Part shown: positions 15,025 through 28,028 of the stretch, in pieces
Layout of the letters: every line of letters begins with the position of its first letter
How positions within the stretch are numbered: the stretch's first letter is position 1
NCBI RefSeq assembly: GCF_009914755.1
Contig: NC_060932.1
Strand: one strand, 5' to 3'
From: the human T2T-CHM13v2.0 reference genome, Homo sapiens
Length of the DNA stretch: 64,000 bases
Position numbers and translations under genes: made by a program
Notes under the pieces: generated by a model
The model's input: only the letters and a program-made list of their open reading frames with translations
Databases searched by the model: none
Told to the model about the DNA's origin: nothing

Positions 15025-16658
15025 GAGCAGCAGGGCCCTCTCCACTCCAAGCCCAGGCACTTGGACAGCTCAATCAGCAGCCTGAGCTGCCCAACCCTTC
15101 CTGTGCAGAGACTGTGGTGCAACAGGGTCCTCTATGCTCCACACCCAGGATTAGGAGTTTACCTCCCCACCACCCATGCAGAGAACTTCCAGCAGAAGAG
15201 AATTCTCAGCTCCATGCCTAGACACACGTCTCAGTGCTTAGTGCCTTCTCACTGGACATCCCTTCAGCACTGATGCTTGTGCCTGCCATTGGTGGACCTG
15301 CAAGCAGGCCTGCCTGTTTCAGTCCCACCCATCTTGGACCCTCCCCACAGGGATGAGCAAGAAGCTCAGACTGCCCTATATACTCCACGTATCAGCCCAT
15401 TGCTTGAGGCAGCAGAGAGAGTTTCTCTCAATAAATAATAATCAACTATCAGACCCACCTGCAGTTAACTCTTACCCATATGCGCCATCAGTTGGCCTGT
15501 AGTTTGAGTTACACAGCCCAATATAAGACCTGCTGACAGAATTGCGTAGAAGAAAAGCCAAAGACCCTACCCCAGCATTCTCTACAGTCACACCTCCTAG
15601 GAAAGTAGGGAAAGGAAAATGAAAAAATAAATAAATACAAGGGAAAAATGAAAAAAATTACAAAATTTAAAAGTGCCAGCATCCCCAGATGAGACGGAAC
15701 CAGCACAAGAATTATGGCTCCATGAAAAACCTGAATGTGGTGACACCAAAGAATCACACTAGCTCTCCAGAAATCCTCCCTAAACAAAATGGAATTTCAG
15801 AAATGACATGAATAATTCAAAGCATGGATTGTAAGGATGCTCAAATGAGATCCAAGACAAGTTTGAAATCAAAACAAAGAAACTTCTAAAGCAATCCAGA
15901 AAATAAGGAACAGATACATAGCTTTAAAATAATCAATCAGAGCTTTTGGAATTGACAAACTTACTTAAGAAATTTCAAAATACAAATGAAAGTTTTATCA
16001 ATAGACTAGACCAAGCAGAAGAAAGAATTTCAGAGCTTGAAGACTAGTCTTTCAAACTAACCCAGTTAGCTAAAAATAAAGAAAAAAAAATTTTAATGAG
16101 CAAGACCTTCAAGAAATATGGGATTATGTAAAGTGACCAAATCTATGAATTATTAGAATTCCTGAGAGAGGAGAATAACTTGGAAAACATATTTGAGACA
16201 ATAATTCAATAAAATTTCCTTAACTCTGCTAGATGGTCAGACATCCAGATATAAGAAATCCAGAGAACATCTGTGAGATGTTATACAAAGCAAGTATTGT
16301 CAAGGCATATAGTCACCAGACTGTCCAAGGCCAACGATAAAGAACAATCTTAAAGGCAGCTTAAAAAAAGAAATATCAGACCATGTACAAAGAGAAGCCC
16401 ATCAGGCTAAAAGCAGACATCTCAGTAAAAAATATACAAACCAGAAGAGATAAGAGGCCTATTTTCAGCATTCTTAGAGAAATTCCAACCAAGAATTTTA
16501 TATCTCACCAAATTAAGCTTCATAAGTGAGAGAGAAATAAAATCTTTTCCATAAAAGCCATCACTAAGGAAATTCATTATCACTTTACCAGCATTATAGG
16601 AAATCCCTAAGGAAGTTCTAAACAGAAACAAAAGAACAATACCTGGTATGACCAAACA

Positions 16659-16698
<40 letters not shown>

Positions 16699-19600
16699 TA
16701 AGTACATATCCCACAGACTCTATAAAGTTACTAATATATAGAAACTACAAACAGTGAACAACTTCACAATAGGATCAAAACCTCACATATCAATATTAAC
16801 CCTGAATGTAAACTGCCTAACACCCCACTTAAAAGGCACAGAGTGGCCAGGTGGATAAAAAGCGAAAACCCATCTGTCTGCTATATTCAAGAGACCCAAC
16901 TCACATGTAACAACACTCATAGGCTCAAAGTAAAAGGTTGGAGTAAACATTATCATTATAATGATATTTTATCATTATGTAATAAAACATTATTACATAA
17001 TGATAAAGAATCCAATTCAACAAGATGACTTAACTATCCTAAATATATATGCACCCAATATTGGAGCACCCAGATACATAAAACAAGTACTTCTAGAGCT
17101 ATGAAAAGACTTAGGCAGCCAAACAATCATAGTGAGGGACTTCAACACCTCACCATCAGCTTTAGACAGATCACTAAGGCAGATAACTGGCAAAGATATT
17201 CTGGACTTAAACTCGACACTTGGCCAATTGGACTTAAGAGAGATCTACAGAATATTTCACCCATCAACCACAGAATATACATTCTTCTCATCTACACACA
17301 AAACATACTCCATAATAGACCACATGCTCAGCCATAAAGCAAGTCTCAATAAATTCAACAAAACTTAACATACGAACCATTGTTTTGGACCAAAGTAAAA
17401 TAAAAATAGCAATCAATACCAAGAAAATCTCTCAAAACTACACAATTACATGGAAATTAAACAACTTGCTCCCGAATAACTTCTGGGTAAATAATAAAAT
17501 TAAGGCAGAAATGAAAAAATTCTTTGAAATAAATGAAAACAGAGACACAGCATACCAAAATCTTTGGGATGCAGCAAAAGCAGTGTTAAGAGGAAAGTTT
17601 ATAGTGCAAAAAACCTACATCAAGAAGTTAGAAAGATCTCAAATTAATGATCTAACATCACACAAATACAAGAACAAAATAACCCCAAAGCTAGCAGAAG
17701 AAAATGAATAACCAAAATCAGAGCAGAACTGAACAAAATTAAGATGTACAAATCCATACAACCGATCAACAAAACCAAAAATTGGCTCTTTCAAACAATA
17801 AACAAGATTGACCACTAGCTAGATTAACAAAGAAAAAAAGAAAGAAGGTCCTAACAGGCAAAATCAGAAATGACAAAGTTGACATTACAACCAATCCCAC
17901 AGAAATATACAAAAGATCATCAAAGACTATTATGAACACCTTTATGCACACAAACTAGAAAATCCAGAGGAAATGGATCAACTCCTGGAAACAAAACAAC
18001 CTCCCAAGATTGTATCAGGAAGAAATTGTAATGCTGAACAGACCAATATCCAATTCCAAAATTGAATCAGTAGTAGAAAACCTACCAACAAAAAAAAAAG
18101 CCCCACATGGATTCACAGCCAAGTCCTGCAAGATGTACAAAGAAGAGCTGATACTAGTTTTAATGAAACTATTCAAAAAAATTGAGGGGGAGGGACTCCT
18201 CCCTAACTCATTTTATAAAGCCAGCATTACCCTGATACCAAAATATGGCAAAGACACCACGAAAAAAGAAAACTACAGGTCAATATTACTGAAGAACATA
18301 GATAGAAAAATACTCAACAAAATGCTAGCAAACTGAAGCTAGAAATCACATCAAAAAGTTAATTCACCATGACCAAGTGGGCTTTATTTCTGGGATGCAA
18401 GGTTGGTTCAACATATGCAAGTCAGTAAATGTGATTTACCACATAACAGAATGAAAAACAAAAATCAAATGATGATCTCAATAGATGTAGAACAGGCTTT
18501 TGGTAAAATCCAAAATGGCTTTATGATAAAAACACTCAACGAATTAGGCTTAGAAAGAACATACCTCAAAATAGTAAGAACGGTCTAAGAGAAACCCACA
18601 GCCAACATCATACTGAATGGGCAGAAGTTGGAAGCATGCCCCTTAAGAACAGGAAGAAAACAAAAATGCCCACTCTCACTACTATTATTCTACCTGGCAC
18701 TGGAAGTGCTAGCCAGAGCAATCAGTCAAGAGAAATAAATAAAATGTATCCAAATAGGAAAAGAAGAATTCAAACTACTTCTCTTTGCTGACAATATGAT
18801 TCTATACCTAGAAAACTTTAAAGACTCTACCCAAAGATGCCTAGAACTGACAAATGAGTTCAGTAAAGTTTTAGGATACAAAATCAATGTATGAAAACCA
18901 GTAGCACTTCTATACACCAATAACATTCAAACTGAGAGCCAAAACAAAAATGCAATTCCATTTATAATAACTACACACACACACACCACAAATACCTAGG
19001 AATACATCTAACCAAGGAAGTGAAAAGATCTCTACAAAGAGAACTATAAAACACTGTTGAAAGAAAACATAAGTGACACAAACAAATGGAAAAACATTCC
19101 ATGCTCATGGATTGGAAGAATCAACATAAATAAAAAGACCATACTGCCCAAAGCAATCAATAGATTCAATGTTATTCCTATCAAATTACCAATGTCATTT
19201 TTCACAGAACCAGAAAAAACTACTCTAAAATAGTTTTTAGAGTAGTTGGCTTTAATAGCCAAGGCAATCGTAAGCAAAAAGAACAAAGCCTGAAGCATCA
19301 CATTACCTGACTTTAAAATATACAATAAGGCAGCAGTAATCAAAACAGCATGGTACTGGTACAAAAACAGACAGACCAATGGAACTGAATAGAGAACCCA
19401 AAACTAAAGCCACACAAGTGCAACCATCTGACTTTGACAAAGCTAACAAAAATAAGCAATGGGAAAAGGACTCCCCTATTCAATAAATGCTGCTGGAATC
19501 ACTGGCTAGCCACATTCAGAAGAATAAATTTGAATACCTACCTTTCACATATACAATACTGAAAATGGATTAAATATCTTATATGTAAGACCTTAACCTA

Positions 19601-20736
19601 TAAAAATCTTAGAAGAAAACCTAGGAAATACCATTCTGGACATTGGCTTTAGCAAATAATTTATGACTAAGTCCTCGAAAGCAATTGCAACAAAAACAAA
19701 ACTTGACAAATGGGACCTAATTAAACTAAAGAGCTTCCGCACAACAAAAGATACTATTGACGGAGTAAACAGACAACCTACAGAGCGGGAGAAAATATTA
19801 GCAAACTATGCATTCAACAAAGATCTAATATCCAGAATCTATAGGGAACTTCTTCAATTCAACAAGCAAAAAGCAATTCAACAAGCAAAAAACCAGTAAT
19901 CCCATTAAAAAGTGGGCAAAGGATTTGAACAGACACTTTTTGAAAGAAGACTTAAAAGCGGCCAACAAACATATGAAAAATTGCTCAATATCATTATTCA
20001 TCAGAGAAATGCAAACCAAAACCACAATGAGATACATCCTACCCTAGTCGCAATGGCTATTATTAGGAAGTCAAAAAACAACAGATGCTGGTGAGGCTGT
20101 GAAGAAAAAGAAACACTTACACCCTGCTGGTGGGAATATAAATTAGATTACCTTCCATAGAAAGTGGCTTGGAAATTTCTCACAGAACTTAGAACTACCA
20201 TTTGACCCAGCAATCCCATTACTGGGTATATACCCAAAGGAAAATAAATCATTCTACCAAAAAAACACATGCACTGGTATGTTCATTGCAGTGCTATTCA
20301 CAATGGCAAAGACATGGAGTCAACCTAGGCACCCATCAGTGGTGGATTGGATAAAGACAATGTGGTACATATACACCATGAAATACTATGCAGGCATTAA
20401 AAAAAAGCACAATCATGATCTTTGGAGCAACACAGATGCAGCTGGAGGCCATTATCCTAAGCGAATTAAGACTGGAATAGAAAACCAAATATTGCATGTT
20501 CTCACAAGTGGAAGCTAAACATTGGGTACACATGGACATAAATATGGAAACAGTAAACACTAACGGAATACCAGAGAGGTGATCAAGAGCTGAAAATCTA
20601 CCTATTTATTGCTCTCCTCACTACCTGGGTTATGAGATCATTCATACCCCAAACCTCAGCATCATGAAATATACTCATTCAACAAACCTGCACATATACC
20701 GCCTCAATCTTAATAAAAGTTGAAATTATTTTTAAA
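15025..20736 (+). mobile_element. Near full-length degenerate L1 (L1PA15/16 or L1PB-like): partial 5'UTR, ORF1, ORF2, 3'UTR
   Basis: ORF2 fragments in the track (16843-20518: EN, RT and C-terminal motifs). Candidate 12-bp TSD aaaa(c/t)ttccact at 15013-15024 and 20737-20748. Internal (CA)17 at 16661-16695. Confidence 0.9.
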
Positions 20737-22154
20737 AAAATTTCCACTCAAACCCCACATCTAACCTAAATGTTTTAGTATAACATACTAAAACATACCC
20801 TTTTATTTTAGATTTTGTATGGTGTCCTGTGACAATAAAATGTATAGGGAAGATTTCATAAATGTACTAAATATAATAGTACATTTCATCTGCAAATTTC
20901 AGAACTTTTAAAATTTCATAATGTCAGTCTGACCTTTTCTGGTTGTCTTCAAGATTCCCATTTAACAAAACCAGAAGACAAAGCAGTAGCTCCTCTTGTC
21001 AAGTAGGTAGAATTACATGGTTTTTCTGATAGCAATGACAGTAGATAACAAAGTTGCCAGCATGAGTCAGCCTGGCTGGAGCTGAGTGGAGGGCTTCTCA
21101 CTGCATCATCCTGTTATGCTTTGGCTCCAATGCTCTCAATATCTTCTTGAAGTCCATGCTGGAGATGACTTTGGCAAGAACAAGTGTCCAGAGATGATTA
21201 AGAAACAGGACTTACAAGAACTTAAGCAGCATTAGGCCTAGTAAAGAGTTAAAGATGCAAATATCTGTATGAAGAGTTGAGCAGAGTAAAACCTAAACCT
21301 TTTATTAAACAAAAAAAATGAGTTTTCCTGGAAAGTTGAAGTGTGATAGGTCCATTTATTATTAAAGGGAGTAAATGCAGTTTCTGCCAAGTTCACTCAC
21401 AGAGGAGACTAGACTCAGTGTCCTGCCTCTGTTTGACATTCTCACAAGATTCCACTATTTGTTTTCTAAGAAAACATTACCTAGTAGTAGTCAGCTTTTC
21501 CAGTGTTAGAACCTTGTAAATGACATTGTGTATAACGCACTGGCATTTATTTTTAATGAATGTTTTCTTCTTTCTGTCTTCTCAAACTTGCAATTTATTT
21601 AAGATGTTTGAAGTTGATTGATTCTATGTATCTTCATAGATAGGGAAGGTAACACTCTCTCCATTTCAGTTAAAGCATTCCTTCATGATTCTTTTAAATC
21701 AGTGATGAATGATTTAATAATGATCACAACTGCTGAACCATAGTTTGGAAATTCAGTAACATAGAGGCGGAGGAAACGCCCTTATAGTTGGTATCGGGAA
21801 ACACAAAGAATTATTTTCCTACATCTGAAAATTCCAGTAAGGTTTTAGAGTTATCTTAAAGTAATTTTTAATTGTTCTGTGAAAACTTTTTATTCTTCAC
21901 ATGAAAACAATGTGTAAGGCATTGTATTAGAGTGCCCACACATCGTGCCAGTTCTGATGACCACAGCATGGTATTTCTATTTCAACTCTGTAGCTGAATA
22001 TTTCCCATTTCCCATCTGTCTGCTGATTTGTAACAGAATAATTATTTTATAGCTAGTAGATTTGACAAAATGAGATGCAATGTCAAATAATTTTCACACT
22101 TTTTTCTAAATGCAATATGCTTTGGGGTTACTGAGGAACAAAAGATTCTGAATT

Positions 22155-22520
22155 AATTCACTTTGTCGCTGATGACAAAAACAACTAGAATTTGCAAAGG
22201 TGATTTATCTTAATTAAACATGAGTTAACATATCTCCCCACCAAAACAAATCCTATCATAGGAAGCTGCAATATGCTTGGGGGCTTGATATCCAGAGAGA
22301 CTTCAAATTTACTTGAAATTGCATTAGTTGTATAGTCTGGGTTTATTATGTGCAAGGTACGTCCTAATGCTGATAAGAATGATAAAAGTAAGGATAAACT
22401 CTTTTAATGCGTAAAAACTTAGGAAAACAAAATGTATAGAGAGGAAGTACTTAAGTCCTAGGACGTAGAAGTGTGCAAAGGTGTGTGTGTGTGTGTATCT
22501 CACTCTGAACAATACCGCTC

Positions 22521-22552
<32 letters not shown>

Positions 22553-22774
22553 AAATGAGCATATCATGAAATATACTCAAGCATATTGCAGCTTCCTATG
22601 ATAGGATTCCTTTTGGTGGGGAGATATATTAACTCATGTTTAATTAAGAGAAATCATGTTTGCAAATTCTAATTATTTTCATCATCAGAGGCAAAGTGAA
22701 TTTTATATATATACATATATATATACACACACACATATATACACACATACACACATATATATTGTTCAAAGTGC
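22155..22774. repeat. Compound inverted duplication: 125-bp arms (22155-22279 / 22578-22702) plus TG/CA-containing arms (22501-22555 / 22701-22774)
   Basis: Manual reverse-complement alignment: 113/125 identical, ungapped. Confidence 0.9.
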
Positions 22775-23984
22775 TTCACTGAACACCAGAGGAGTTAGGT
22801 GGGACATTTAGAAGAGAGATTTGTACATTTGGTGAAACTTTAATTAAAAATGGAAGATGCAAACAAGTAAAATTGTGTAGCTAGAATAACTCTCAAATTA
22901 TCTTATAATTGTCTTAATTGATGTGTAAATGTTATTCTGCTCCCATGTATGTCTACATAAGTTTCTGCCAGAGAAAATTCATCTTGCAGATCAAGCAGAT
23001 AGGGATATTGGTTGATGAGGGACTTATTGACTCCATATACGGAAGCCTTTTGTATTTGTGAGACACAATTATTAGGCATCAGCACTAAAAACACCATTTG
23101 CATATGTATCTTAACTTCCACAAAATAATCGAAAATTATATCCAAAAGAATAAACTCCTTAGCATTTCAGAAGCTGATTTCCAATTATCCCAGTAAAATG
23201 TAAATGTGCCAGACAATATTTTTGTTTCTGGGGGATCACCAGAAAAACTTGGACTCTTCTAATGGAAAATAAAAGAGTGATTTTTTATTAACTTTTAGCT
23301 TTGGATAACTCGGGTAGAAATTGTAATACACACCAGCGTCATCTCCCATCTTGCTCCTGAGTACAAGGATTGTAGGCATTTAACTCCATTCCACAGCTCT
23401 CCAGGGTGTAGACATTTCAGACATAATTTTACCTCCCTTCGTACACACACCCAATCCTATCTCACACAGCTATCTCTCTAATAGGCAGAAATCAGACAGT
23501 GATGCAGTTTCTCTGTTATGTTGTTTTTGACTCTACTACTTTCCTCCTTCTAAAGACATAACAACAAGAATTCCTTGTCTATTATCAACTTTTTCTTCTT
23601 TATTTACGCACGCTTAATTTTCTTTTTTTCAACCAACTTAAAATCTGCTAAGCCTGACAGACTATTCTATTTAAAGATTTTAGAGGATTTGCCTACATTA
23701 AAAAAAAAAAAACAAAAACGACTTTCACACCAAGACAGAATAAAATAGAAATCACCTTTGTCTCTATCAAACAAATTTGGATTTCCTAAAAAGTCTCTTA
23801 AAAATTGGTAGAAAAAAAACAAAACATACCCGTATTTGAAGCGGCATTATTTTAGCTTTTTGAAATGCTTAGTAAAAGGAAGTAAATCTGTTGTAGAGAC
23901 CTCATGATTTGGTATGTATCAAATAAATGAAATCAGAAGTTGGTTTCAAACTAGAAGATCAAATAACTTTTTTTCTTTTAATTT

Positions 23985-24310
23985 ATTTGTTTATTTTTAG
24001 AAATGGTCTCCCTCTGTCACCCAGGCTGGAGTGCAGTAGTGTGATCACAGTTCACTGTAACTGTGGGCTCCTGGGCTCAATAATCCTCCTGGAGCCCAAC
24101 TCCTGGGCTCAAGCAATCCTCCTGCCTCAGCCTCCTGAGTAGCTGGTACTACAGGTGTGTGCCACCATTCCTGGAAAATTTTTTACAAAAATTTTGTTAG
24201 GGTCTCACTATGTTGCCCTGGCTGGTCTCGAACTCCGGCCTCAAGCAATATTCCCTCCTTGGCCTCCCAAAGTGCTGAAATTGCAGGCATGAACCACCAC
24301 ACCCAGTCTG
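23985..24310 (-). mobile_element. AluJ with small internal duplication
   Basis: ctctgtcacccaggctggagtgcagt...ctcctgggctcaagcaatcctcctgcctcagcc; J-type gggtctcactatgttgccc. Confidence 0.85.
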
Positions 24311-24374
24311 CCTAAGACATTTATAAAATGCCTTCCCCACATTCAAGAATCATACATTAGTTCTAGAATTTTCT

Positions 24375-24510
24375 CTCTAGATTGTAAACAAGATTGAGGA
24401 TAGAAGTAAATTTTCTTTTCATGCTTATGTATTCATATCCACATACATCCCCTCCAAAGCACTGCTCTTAGTAGGCATTCAATAAATATTTTTGAATGAA
24501 TAAATGGCTT
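24375..24510 (+). mobile_element. L2 3' terminus
   Basis: ctagattgtaaac...tagtaggcattcaataaatatttttgaatgaataaat. Confidence 0.65.
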
Positions 24511-25570
24511 TTGTAAATACGAGCTCAGCCTTACTGTTATCACTAGGAGAAACAAATATATTTCTGGCATACATCTTTCTTAACCTACATTATCCTCCTA
24601 CTGCTAATTCCACATGAAAAATAGACATCTCAAAAGGATATTGACTTATTTAGTGACCTGGTCATGTACTTAGTGTTTACAATGCATATACCATTGTTCA
24701 ACATAGTCTGCTCAGTTCCACTATAGACATATCCATCAAGCTTTCTAAAAAAAAAAAAATTAACAGTAAAACATATTACCTTTCCTTTTGAGCTTGATTT
24801 ATTTAAACCTGGAGGGTCACAAAAAAAAAAAAACAATCAGAGAGAAATTGAGTTTCCCTTTCTTCTTGTTCCTGTCCTTTTACACTGCTCTCTACATTTT
24901 TGTGCTAAAACTTCTTTTTATGAAGAGACTTCCAGAAGTCCAGATTGCTTGAGAGGCTCAGATTGATAATATCTATGCTGTATTAATGCTGATTGACCTT
25001 CCGGGATAAAAGGGACTTCACAAATAAATATTATAATTGCAAGCAAAGCAAATATTACCAGATTGATTTCTCCAACCATTTTAATAGTATTACATACCTC
25101 TTCAGTTCCCAGTTTCTATATTTAAATGTTGGCAACTCAGCCCACATAAAGGAAAAATATAACTATGGCAAAGGAAGGGGAAAATGTCTCTATTGAATAT
25201 ATGGCCTACTGAGAACATCTGAGAAAGAGTCATCAAACCATGCCTCTGTTGTTCATGCACAGGTATGAACAGCAGTGCATCATCATGGCACCTCTGGAAC
25301 AGCTAGGAGTATGCTTGCTTTTTGCACACTTTTGCATTTTCCCCAGGGACTTTCAAATTGAAGAACTCAGCTAGAGGGTTCACACATCTACTGCAGCCAG
25401 GTCTTTGTGGTAGGTAGCATAATGGACCTCCAAAGATGGGCTTGTCCTAATCCCCAGACCTGTTAATATGTTATCTTACATAGAACAAGGTACTTTGCAG
25501 CTGTGATTATAATTAAGGACCCTAGAATGCGGAAATTTTCCTAGATTATTCCCAGGAGTTCAATATAATA

Positions 25571-27489
25571 TTTTTAAATTGATAAATTATAATAATCATA
25601 ATTGTATTACATTTATGGAGTACAATGTGATGTTTTCATATATGTATATAATATGGAGTTATTAAATCAAATTAATTAACATATATATCCCTTCCCTTGC
25701 TTGACATTTTTTGTGATGACATCTTTGAAATTTACTCTCTTATTTTGAAATACACAGTACATTATTATTGGCTATGGTCACCCTGCTGTGCAACAGATCT
25801 CTAAACCTCCTGTCTAGCTAAAACTGTGTATCCTTTAAACAGTAACTCCACATTCTCTCACTCCTCCCCACCCAAGCCCCCCATCCCTGGCTCTGGTAAC
25901 CACCATTCCATTCTCCACTTACATGGATGAATCTTTTTTAGATTTCACATATAAATGAGATCAAGTAGTATTTATCTTTCTGTGCATGGCTTATTTCACT
26001 TAGCATAACATCTGCTAGATTCATCCATCTTGTCCCAAATGACAGAATTTCATCTTTTTAAAGAATAAGTAATATTTCATTTTGTTTACTCTATTTTCTT
26101 TATCCAACTGTTGATGGACAAGTTGATTCCATATCTTGACTACTGCGGATAATGCTGCAATGAACCTGGGAGTGCAGATATCTCTTTGGCATACTTAATA
26201 ATTTCCCTTGTAATACCCAGTAGTGGGATTGCTAGATCATATGGGAGTTCTATTTTTAGTTTTTGGAGGAAATTCCATACTGGTTTCCATAATGGCTGAA
26301 CCATTTACATTACCACCAATAGTGTACAAGCATTCCCTTTTCTCTACATCCTCTCCAGTGGTTGTTATCTTTCATCTTTTTGGTAAAAGCCATTCTATTG
26401 GGTATAAATAGATATCTTGTTGTGGTTTTTAAATTGTGTTTTCCTAATGATTAGTTCATTTGTTAATGAACCTTTTGGCCGTTTGGATGAGTTCTTTTGA
26501 GAAGTGTTTGTTCAGGTCCTTTGCCCACTTTTAAATCGGTTTATTTGTTTGCTTACTATTGAGTTATTTCAGTTCCTTGTATATTTTGTACATTAAACCC
26601 TTACTAGATATATGAGCTATCTGAAAAGAAAGTTAAGAAAATAATCCCATTTACAATAGCAACAGAAAAAAATTTAAAACTTAGATGTAAATTTAAATCA
26701 GAAGGTAAAAGACTTATATACTGAAGACTATAAAACACTGATGAATGAAATTGAAGAAAACACAAATAAATTGAAAAATATCCCATCTCTATGGACTGAA
26801 ATAATTAATATTATTAAAATTCCCATACTACAAAAAATAATCTACAGATTCAATGCAATCCCTATAAAAATTTCAAGGTCATTTTTCAAAAATGGAAAAA
26901 TCAATCCTAAAATTCTGTGGAACCACAATACACCCCAGATAACCAAAGTAATCTTGAGCAAAAAGAACAAAGCTACAGGCATCATACTACCTGATTTCAA
27001 AATGTTTTATAAAAGTGATTATAATTAAAACAGCATAATACTGGCATAAAAACAGACACATCGACCTATGGAACAGGACAGAAAGCTCAGTAATAAACTC
27101 ATGCCTTCATGGTCAATTGTTTTTTTACAAAACTGCCAAGAACCCATAATGGAGGAAAAACATTCTATTCAATAAATTGTTCAAGGAAAACCAGTTATCC
27201 ACATTCAGAAAAAAATGAAATTAGACCCTTACCTTACACTATGCTCCAAAATAAACTCAAAATGATTAAAGACTTAAAGCTGTAAAACTACTAGAAGAAA
27301 ACATAGGAAAAGCTCCATGACATTGGTTTGGACAAGGATTTTTTTAGATGTAACCCCAAAATCTCAAGTAACAAAAGCACAAATAGACAAATGGGATTGC
27401 ATCAAATTAAGAAGCTTCTGCACAGCAAAAGAAACGATGAACAAAGTGAAGAGACAACCCATGCAATGAGAAAAATATTTGCAAACCAT
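25571..27489 (-). mobile_element. 5'-inverted (twin-primed) L1MA: minus-strand 3' part 25571-26614, inverted plus-strand ORF2 part 26615-27489
   Basis: The two pieces are contiguous in L1 coordinates: ...atatttgcaaaccat | atatctagtaaggggttt... Confidence 0.85.
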
Positions 27490-27689
27490 GGGTCTTTACA
27501 AGTGGAAGAGAGAGGCAGTAGAATGAGTGGGTCATACAGAGGAGATAGAATTCAGCCAGTTGTTGGTTGTTGCTGGCTTTGTAGTTTAAAGGGGACCCAG
27601 ATGCAAGGAACACAGATTAAGCTGGAAAAGGCAAGGAAATGGATTGTCCCCTAGAGACTCCAGAAAAACAGTTCCCTGCTAACGTCTTT

Positions 27690-28028
<339 letters not shown>

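Noticed and set aside
19854-19890. 18-bp near-tandem duplication caattcaacaagcaaaaa in L1 ORF2
   Set aside because: Ordinary slippage duplication in a dead element.
20760-22150. Repeat-poor stretch with an AP-1 motif (tgagtca, 21063-21069) as a possible enhancer
   Set aside because: A single 7-mer is expected by chance; needs conservation or chromatin data.
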